Shown: positions 40,901-49,735 of the stretch, one piece after another
Layout of the letters: every line of letters begins with the position of its first letter
Numbering within the stretch: the first letter of the stretch is position 1
Assembly: GCA_000165425.1 (NCBI GenBank)
Contig: CT868330.1
Span: forward strand, 434,001-483,735
Length of the DNA stretch: 49,735 bases
Source of the DNA: Paramecium tetraurelia
Taxonomy: Eukaryota
Direction of reading: 5' to 3'
Notes under the pieces: generated by a model
What the model was told of the DNA's origin: nothing
Seen by the model: the letters and a program-made list of their open reading frames with translations, nothing else
Databases searched by the model: none
Translations under genes and position numbers: made by a program

Positions 40901-43026
40901 GCACACTGGCAAGATATTTTTACATTATCAAAGATCTATTAATCAGTCAATTAACCAAATTTGAATTGTACACATGCATTTGTTTCATTGTGCTAGTTGA
41001 TTCTTGTTAAATATCAGTTGCTATCGCTTGGATAGGAGTTGGGATAATTTGTTTTAATTTACTATTAGATTTAGCTTTAATAGTTAGATATTTATTAATA
41101 CCTTATATAAATCAAAAGAAACCTTCCTATATAGATATTTTTACGCAGTTTTCAACTCTTTATTAAATGAATATTGTCACAAATTTACTTGAAAAATGGT
41201 CTGAATAAAATACAATATATATTTTTTTCTTGAAATCAGAAGTACCCTAAAAAGTTGTAGTTTCAATTATCAAAACATTTTTTCAAGACACTCCATTACT
41301 TATTTTATAAGCTGTTTACTTAGGTATGAATCCAACTCAAATCAAAATTTAAATTTTCATCGTTTCATTTACAACAGTGGTCATTCATTTCATATTTTCT
41401 ATGATCAAAATGTTATCAATTACAAGAGCTGCCAAAATCAATGAAGAAATTGTTTTAACAGAAGTTTCAAAAGTTAAATTTCATAATAAATAAATAAAAA
41501 TAATTCAAGAATTAAAAAAATTTATTAGAAACCTCAAAAAAAAGTTCTAAAATATAATCACTTAACATAATTAGAGGAATGAAAATTTAATCACTTCTTT
41601 AGTAGATGCTGAAAGAGCCTTACTTAATAGACCTCATACAATGCAAAATTTTGAATTATATCTCAAATAAAAGAGCTCTAAGATCCTACCAGCTCGAAAG
41701 GGAATTACATAAATAGGTAATAAGATCTAAAGGATTAATGTTTCAAAAAATTAGAAGATTAATTAAGAAGAGCTTCAAAAATTAATATCTGTGAAAGCCT
41801 CACTAGATATATTTGGAAATAAAGTAAAAAGTTGGAAGATAAACAATGAAATACCGCTTGATCTAACTGATGTCTTATTAAATGATGTTCCTAGATAATT
41901 TTTTACTATTGATTTGGATTGGGAGGCAAGCTAACCTTGGGTTGGAAACATGAGAATATCTTCTTTGAAATAAGAGATCGAAGGACTTAAGATGGCCTAT
42001 AGACACTTTTAAAATTCAGGTGATTTAAATATATTGGATTTAGGATTTGGTTCAGGATATATTTCTTTTTTTTTATTGGCATTAGCGTTAAAAAGGAAAA
42101 AGCTCTTTTCAATTCAGTTGCATTTAGTAGATCATCATCCTGATGCAATCAAGTATTTTGAATAAAAGCTCAATACAGAATTTTCCCATTTAAAAAAGAT
42201 ATGTAAAATTGAATATCACTTACACGATTGTTTTGAAGGTTTAAACTTATTTTAAGATTAAAAATTCAACTTTATACACCTTGGTTATGCAACAACTAAA
42301 TGGAGAATTCAAAGAGATATAATACCATTACTTTCTGATGATGGATTGATTTTTGGTTACGAAACAGTAAGCAGTTTAGAATAAAAAGCATTTTCATGGA
42401 GTTAAGCCCAAAAATAAATGGTTTATTCATAAAACTTAGAATAATATGGAATAATGGAACCACTGACTATCCAACTAAAAGGAGTTGATTAGAATTTTTT
42501 AGATAATCAAATAAAATAACAATTAGATATCCTTAATCATATACGGTTGTATGATTAATGCGCTTTATGTGAAAAAAAGCTAAGTAAAGAAGATAAATAA
42601 TTTATTAATCATTATTGGGGAGAGGTAATTTGTTTTTCTTGTGGAAATGAGCAATTAGAATAATAGGGTGAAGAAATTGACATAGCAAAAATTAATTATA
42701 GATGCAACGTTATATACTACACAGGCAGCAATTGCAAATTATCTTAGATAAAACAAATTTCTATTTTGTTAGAGAACTTAACTTATCCATTTGGCCATAA
42801 GGTTGGAACCATTCGAGAATATTCTTATGTGTGCTCATCTTGCAATTCTAAACGAGGATTTGGATTTTTATACAAATGCTTAATTTGTGATTCTGTGCAT
42901 TATTGCAACACTTGCGGACTGTAATTAATGAGAGATAATTAAATGAAGTATCATTCTGCTTGCAATTAAGATCATCCTCTATTGAGAATAGTTTTTCCAT
43001 CAAAGACATAAAAAGGGAAAAAATGA
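37908..43026 (+). CDS. ~1670-aa multidomain membrane protein: WD40 - LRR - 7-8 TM - PIMT/PCMT-like SAM methyltransferase - CxxC and ZZ zinc fingers
   Basis: ATG 37908 in AAAATG context. Introns at 38079-38108, 38239-38259 (optional, in frame), 38596-38621 and 39884-39909. The last exon, 39910-43026, has no internal TGA over ~1040 codons and links the last LRR, the TM block, the MTase and the Zn fingers. Confidence 0.85.
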
Positions 43027-44130
43027 ATTAATTATATAATTATGAATTTTTATTTGGCCAATTCGTTCTGTAATTTCAAATTAAAATATAATTTTTGCCA
43101 AAACAATGTTTGATTTTTATTTTTATTAAATCCCATGTGTTAATAAATAACATTTTTATTCTTGAGCCTCATGAAAATAAATTTGAGAAAAACCCTGAAA
43201 AAATTTACTATTTAATCTTATGTATTATTGTCCTATCTTCTAAATTGATTAAAGCTGTAAGAACTTCTGTGCTTTAAATACACAATTCATAGACTAAGTG
43301 AAGGATAATTTGATTTCTTCTACTTCCTTATTTGCGGAATTTACATATGGGTTAGTTATGATGTGAATGCAATTATTAATAACTGGCCACACTTTATGCA
43401 TTTTAGGTTGGCTAATAGAATATGAAAAGTTATTTATAATTAGACTTTAGCTTTAATGCAGGTGAAAAACTTGTGCTGTCGGACTACATTTACGATGGTT
43501 TTTACATAGCAAAATGCTGCAATGGATGTGGCTTTTATTCAAGTGAACCTTCGGTTGATATGAAGATTTGAATATTTAGCTGATAGATTCTGTGGAATTT
43601 TTAAAGTTTGGAGAGAGGATACTTCAGTTGAAATATCATATATCACTCATAAGTTAATTGAAACAAATTCTATAGATTCTCTTGAATTATCATATATCAC
43701 TCTGCTTCATCAATCCGTATTTTTTTTATGTACAAATTCTAAAAGAGCATTTATATGCAACTAATATAAAGTCATCAGCATTTGCTCATTACTACGCATC
43801 CATAATATTGTTACCTCTTATTTAAAAATGTTCATTTTTCTTTGATTCTTTCTTAAATCATTCCTTAGAAATAGTTAAGCAGATATTAAAAAACTTTATG
43901 AAACCCCTTTTTTAAAGAAATTTTTTCTGGATTAGATAATATTTTATATAAACACTAATATATTAATGATTTTGATTATAATTGCACAGATTACCAAATG
44001 ATAGATATAGTAGCTACATATGTGTAATGCAACAACAATCATGAAACGATTAAAAAAAATATGTCTATTAAAGTAAAGAATAGTAAAATTGCTATTACTG
44101 AGCAGTATTGAGAATATTTATGTTCTTATA

Positions 44131-45119
44131 GGAAATTTGAAGCTAATCTAAGAAGATTAAGAATAGAATATTTCCATTGAAGATTTATTACCTCTAGAAT
44201 ATTTGGAGTTATTGTCAATAGATATTATTGGATATTTCGATGATAGTTCAATACGGGATTTGAGTTGTGACTTTACTTTAATTTAAGGTAGCGAGTTGAA
44301 ACACTTAATTAAAGATTATTAAAGTTTATAATCTATAATACTTAATGTCAAGAAGGAAATTGATGCAATAATTAAAATATATTGCGAACTATAATTAAAC
44401 CATACTGCTATTGATATAGCTTAAGAATTTGATTTACATCTATTACATTTGAAATAAACTTAATTTGATACCTTAATGTTGATTTCATTAATGCAAATTA
44501 AGTTTAACTGAGAAATTGTATCATATATTCAATCAAATAATTGGCAACCAATCCAAAAAATGTTAAATCTTATATTGGGAATTAGAAATTTAAATTTAAA
44601 TAATTCAACAATTTTTGATTTTGTTTCTAGAAGTTGTTAAATCTATTTAAAAATATTTTAAAAAAGCTTAAATAACTTCAAGGAATCCTAATTAGTAACT
44701 TATGTTTCTATTTACAAATCTCAATTTCATAATTCTTTTCTATTTAAGAAAATAGTAGAATCAAATCAAGAAGATGGATGTATTTTTGCCAATAATATTT
44801 AACTTAAATGTGTTAGTGGAGCTAATCAATCATCTAATTTCTAAATTATTGAACAATCCCCTTTTAACAACTGTGTTTCCTATTAATTCAATAATGGAAA
44901 ATGGTATATTAGTTGCATTAAAAATCAATATAAATAAAGTCATTGTATTAAAATTATTTATAATTAATTGATTTTTTTATAAGTAATTAGTTATAATCTT
45001 GTTTGATTGTAAGCCCTTCAATTAATATCTGCTTATAAAATACATTTCAAATAGAATCAAAATCTTTGATTAAGTATATTCTTTCTAGTTTTCTTCATTA
45101 AGATTTTTTTATTATTTGA
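44131..45119 (+). pseudogene. Long coding-like frame interrupted by one TGA; 5' end degenerate
   Basis: The frame from 44131 runs ~330 codons with a single internal TGA at 44509-44511. No clean start codon found. 3' end approximate. Confidence 0.4.
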
Positions 45120-46559
45120 ATTATGCAATTCTTTGGAATAGTTTTTGGAGCCTATTAAATACTTATAAATGAACCTTCTTTAAGATTATTTGAAATTATA
45201 ACTTCTATATTTACTAAATTCTTGGCTTTCCTATTAATAAAGATATATGATTTCAGCTTTCTAAGTTGACTAGGATATGACTCAAAAGGATTAAAACTTG
45301 TTTAATTTAAGAAACGATTTCAATAAGTTTTGATGCTTTAGATGAATTATAAATCCTAAATGCGAGTGAATAAAAATTAGAATTATTTAGCAATTATGCT
45401 AGGATATTATTGTAATAATATATGTCAAGATATTTACAAATCATATTTAATAATAATAATAATTATTATTTTTTTTTTGTAATTGAAAAGATTTAAAAAC
45501 CTCTTTTTTCGATTTATAGCATAATCTTTGGCCTCAGCATAGTTATAATCAAGAGTACTTAGTTCATTCTTTCAGATTTGAAACTTCTTTAAGATAGAGT
45601 ACCCAAACTCATAATAAATTATAAAATCTATTTATTCAACTTAAATTTTATTTAACTTTATTTATCTTTGAGTTTAGCAAGGATGATCGTTGTCTCTGCT
45701 TTTATTTCAAACTGAAAAATTTAACATCTAAAACAAGTGAAAGCCTATCTTGTTACACAACAACTTTTACAAAACAGTAGTGATTTGACTATCACTTTTA
45801 TTTTCAAATTCTCTTCAACTAATTATTTTTTTCTCTGTCTTCAAAATTAAAAATGCGAAACTGTAACCTTGAATAAAAATTTATTATCTCAATTACATAG
45901 AGTCCAAAAATTATATTTCAAAAAATTCCAAAGCTGTTCTTTATTATTCTTCAGACAACTTTTCAGAATGTTATAAGTGAAAATGGCTAACAGCATAGTC
46001 CTTTTCCTTACTCATCTATCTTTTTCTTTAAGATAGGATTGTCTTTTCAAAATTTGAGTTTTTAGTCAATATCAAGAAAACATGTTAATATTTGTTGGCT
46101 GAGTTAAATTAGAATTGTAAACCTATGTCGCAATAAAATTAAAAGTATTTATGAAGAGAGAAATATTGATGGTGAATATGAAATTATTTGATAATAATAT
46201 ATTGATTGAATCAAAACAAATTATTTTATGAAGATTAACCTCTTGCACTTAAGTATTATACAAATATGATTTCACTGCATCTTCAAATATGTTCCTTAGC
46301 TTTTTCTACTACCCCTTTAATATCTTTGATAGGTTACTTTCTAAATAAGTTAAAATGATTAATATTTCTTCAATCCAATTAATCCTATATATATCCTGAA
46401 ATAAATATATTTATGAAGAGCTGCTTTCTTTTTTTAATATTTAATCAACTTTTTCACTAAAAGCTGTGTTTTTTTGAAGTTTCATATTCGGCTTTTATTT
46501 TATTCCCAAAGATATTGCTGCCATTTGAACTTCAATTTCAAATTCTTATAAATTTAAAC

Positions 46560-48000
46560 GTAAGAAATTAGTATTTAGTTAATAATTCTTATTCTTTTAA
46601 TAAATTTATTCTCATTTAATTAATCAAGATCAAAATTATATTTACGAAATCTTCTAGATTAGACAATGGCAATAATTTAAATGATCCAAGGTTGGAAATT
46701 TCTTGATTTAAGACATTTTCTGATTTAATTTCAATAAATGAATCTGTGTTTTCTCATATATATACGCTAAATTTAAATTTATTATTCTTTACCTCTCTTC
46801 TTGTAGGCATTTTTCAAATTTGGGTCAAGTTTGATTGCTTTATTAAAATCAGTTAATGCTTTCTCCTTACCATTTGTTTCCTAATAACAAATACCTAATT
46901 TTTACATAGATTAATTTTCGCCTCTCCTCAAGTGAGCATCGCCCGTATTTGGATCAATTTGAATTTCTTGATTATAATCAGTAACTGCTATGTCATACTC
47001 ACCCATGTATTCATATAAAAAACCTAAATTTACTTTTAATAATATTCGCCTCTATTTATATAGGATTGTAATAAATTTGGATCAAGTTAAATTACTTAAT
47101 TATAATCAAGCATTGCTTAATCATACTCACCCATCTATTCACATAAACTGTCTAAAATTAAAATTTATTATGATGTACTTCACTAAATATATACATTTAT
47201 GCTTCAACATAATTTGGATTTAGTTGATGACTTCATTTTAATCAGTCAAAGCTTTGTCTTCTTATTAATACTATAATATAATAGACCTATATGTAAACTT
47301 ATAAGAATTACCTCTATTCATATATAATACAAATTTTAGATCAAGTTCAATTGCTCAGTTAATGCGTTGTCATAATCGCCCATTGGTTTATACAAAATAC
47401 ATCTATTATAAATACATTATTATTCACCTCTCTTTGTGTAGGCCTGTAAAATTCGAGGATTATTTTCGATTGCATAATTATAATCTATTAATGCCTTATT
47501 GTATGTAGCCATAGAATAGTACGCATAAGCTAAATTTTAAATGTATTTTCTTCACCTCAATTAAGTAGGAGGATTAAGTTGAATTACTTGATTAAAATCA
47601 TTCAATGCTTTAACTTAATCATTAGTTTATGCATATAAACGACCTAAATTTAAAATTATTAATCCTTCACCTCTTTATTGGTAGGCCTAGAATAAATTTG
47701 GATCAAGTTCAATTATATTGTTATAATCATTTTATGCCTCTATTTTCTGATGATGTTTTTAATATAAAGAACCTAACTTTAAATGAATTATTCGCCTCTA
47801 TCTATGTACGTATATTTAGCTTTTGAGTTAAATAGAATTACTTAACTAAATTGGTTATTGCTTTATCGTCTTCACCCATAGATTCATATAAAAGACCTAA
47901 ATTCAATATATTATTCTTAACCTCCATTATCGTAGGTATCTGCAAAATTTGAATCAAGTTGAATTGCTTGATTATAGTCAACTAATGTATTAAACAACAA
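46560..48000 (-). pseudogene. Degenerate TPR-repeat gene (~10 repeats)
   Basis: Repeats like MGEYDQAMLDYNQVIQLDPNL..YINRG with a ~120-135 nt period (34 codons plus a short intron). Several units are frameshifted, e.g. near 47215-47240. Confidence 0.75.
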
Positions 48001-48844
48001 ATTTTCAAAAAAGCATTCAAGACTAAAAACTTTATGGCTGAGTGTATTTCTTAATTCCAAGTTGTCATTTTCTTTCAGAATCTTTCATATTCATGATTAG
48101 TGTTTTTGCTAATTCTTTTACTTATATCTTAAATTATTCTTTACCTTCTTAAACTATTAAGTTTACGCAGATAATTATTGAATTGGATTATAGTTAAATG
48201 GAATATTTATCATAATTAAAGATAATTTCTTATATCTTTTGTATGCATAAGAATGTTTGATTTCACATTTAAATAAAAGCCTCATTCTTTACTTCTCCTT
48301 TATAGATTACAGATTTATAAGTTACAACTATTTTCTTATCAGTGATCAAATCCTGGATTTGTCAAATATTGTAATTCTTCATCGAGTGTAAAGAATCTAC
48401 CCTATAAGATAATCTCTTTTATTGATAGTGTCTGACCATTTAAAGGTATTAATATTTTAATCAGTTTATATCTTATCTTATCAAATAGTGGCATTTTTCA
48501 ATGAAAAACCTACATACAGTTTATTCAATTTTTTATTGATTTGATTAATCTAACTTCCGAAAAAAACACTTGATTTCTAATGATTGGTTATACAAAAATC
48601 TTAATTAGTTAGCGAAATCTTGATGGATTTTCGAATCTAAAATGATTAATAAATTCGATTATCTTCTACCATTCTAAAAATTAGATTAATATGAATAATT
48701 AAAAGTTCTTTCTAAGTTTTCTCCATATATTAATTAGTTATAAATTTTATGAATTAGATAAGGAAATCAGAAACACAAATCAGTTTTTTTAATTATTTTT
48801 TCTCAAAGAGATAAAATAAATAATATATAAAAATTCCTAATTGC

Positions 48845-49663
48845 TCATTTATTTAACAATTCATATGTTGAATATCCTTTATTTTAGTCATCCCAATACA
48901 CTAAATATTGTCCATTATTTGTGATATTTCCAAAAATTTAGTTAGTATCACAATTCAATTAATCTTCTATTTTGTAATTCCCATCATTAATTTGTCTAAT
49001 TATATATATATATTTCTTATGTCTTACTAATATTAGATTCCTCTCCTTATTATAAATAATTGGAAATCGATATTCGTCCCAACTTTGATTATTTATAATT
49101 AATTGAATTGTCTTATCCTAATTTTCTTAATAGACTCCTTGTTTTAATTCAAATACATAAAGCCTGTCTCTTTATTTCTGACCAGTTATCCAAATAAATG
49201 AATTCTCTTTAATAAACTTAACTTTCAACCCATAGTCTTAAATTGATTATTTAACAAAATATTTGAATTCATATTTATCTTTTTCTCTTCTTTCCCAAAT
49301 AATTATTTAGTTCTAATCTTATGCACATGATACTAGTTAATTTTCTGATTAATTTAAACTTAAAGACAAAATATCATTATTATGTTTATCCAAAGAATAC
49401 AGAAATGTTAATTTATTTTGATTTAAATCAACCTTCCAAACTTTAATTGACTTGTCATCACTTCCAGAAAATAGTAAATCCTCATTTGAATTCAATATAA
49501 TACAAAAAACAAAATCTGTATGTTATTAATAAGGTTACGAAGAAATCCATTCAGTTTAGTTCGTTTATTTCCAGCATCTTATTGTTTTGTCTTAAGAACA
49601 TGAAATAAATGATATCTATTTTTTACTATAAACTAAACATTAGATCGATTTAGTATGTCCTTA
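48845..49663 (-). CDS. 3' half of a WD40-repeat gene, 5'-truncated by the telomere
   Basis: Uninterrupted 273-codon frame QGHTKSIQCL..FISCSQDKTIRCW..HTDFVFC..LFSGSDDKSIKVW..YLVYWD..YELLNK*. No ATG before the telomeric repeats. Confidence 0.88.
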
Positions 49664-49731
49664 GGGGTTTTGGTTTGGGGTTGGGGTTGGGTTTTGGGTT
49701 TGGGTTTGGGTTTGGGTTTGGGTTTTGGTTT
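49661..49731 (+). repeat. Macronuclear telomere, mixed TTGGGG/TTTGGG repeats
   Basis: ttaggggttttggtttggggttggggttgggttttgggtttgggtttggg... at the window end, with the G-rich strand running 5'->3' toward the end. The T2G4/T3G3 mix is characteristic of Paramecium. Confidence 0.95.
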
Positions 49732-49735
49732 AGGC

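Noticed and set aside
43634..43702. Short direct repeat atcatatatcactc
   Set aside because: Only two copies in AT-rich degenerate DNA, with no element structure.
44509..44511. Selenocysteine codon
   Set aside because: No redox-type motif around it and no SECIS I can identify; the surrounding region is decayed.
46560..48000. Regularly spaced repeats resembling a CRISPR array
   Set aside because: The units translate as TPR motifs with short introns, there are no identical direct repeats, and the context is eukaryotic with no cas genes.
1..49735. Supplied ORF-track proteins taken as real gene products
   Set aside because: They were computed with TAA/TAG as stops. Most are fragments of code-6 genes or hydrophobic antisense shadows (e.g. 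1950..2372 +, 30701..30997 +, 23074..23337 +).
49732..49735. Non-telomeric terminal bases and irregular repeat units (TTTTGG, TTAGG)
   Set aside because: Probably low-quality contig-end consensus or telomerase misincorporation; too short to interpret.

Overview
This is ciliate macronuclear DNA, almost certainly Paramecium. It is very AT-rich, reads in genetic code 6 (TAA/TAG = Gln, TGA the only stop), has mostly 21-30 nt GT..AG introns, and ends in a mixed TTGGGG/TTTGGG telomere. The supplied ORF track uses standard stops, so it shows only fragments or antisense shadows; all gene models here were translated by hand in code 6. About 1-43 kb is densely genic: a GKWIEL-repeat protein, three N-acylated MORN proteins, an RJL GTPase, an LRRC56/ODA8-like protein, a B-box protein, a 3R-Myb factor, a trichocyst-matrix-like protein, a DENN protein, HAT1, two hybrid histidine kinases, coiled-coil proteins, a CNBD K+ channel and an ADCK1/ABC1 kinase. 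The last 6.7 kb is a subtelomeric zone of decayed genes, ending in a WD40 gene cut off by the telomere. The most striking item is a single gene of about 1670 aa (37908-43026). It joins WD40 repeats, LRRs, 7-8 TM helices with an XK-like motif, a protein-L-isoaspartyl-methyltransferase-like domain and Zn/ZZ fingers, an architecture I do not recognise. Domain calls are from motifs read by eye; no database search was run.
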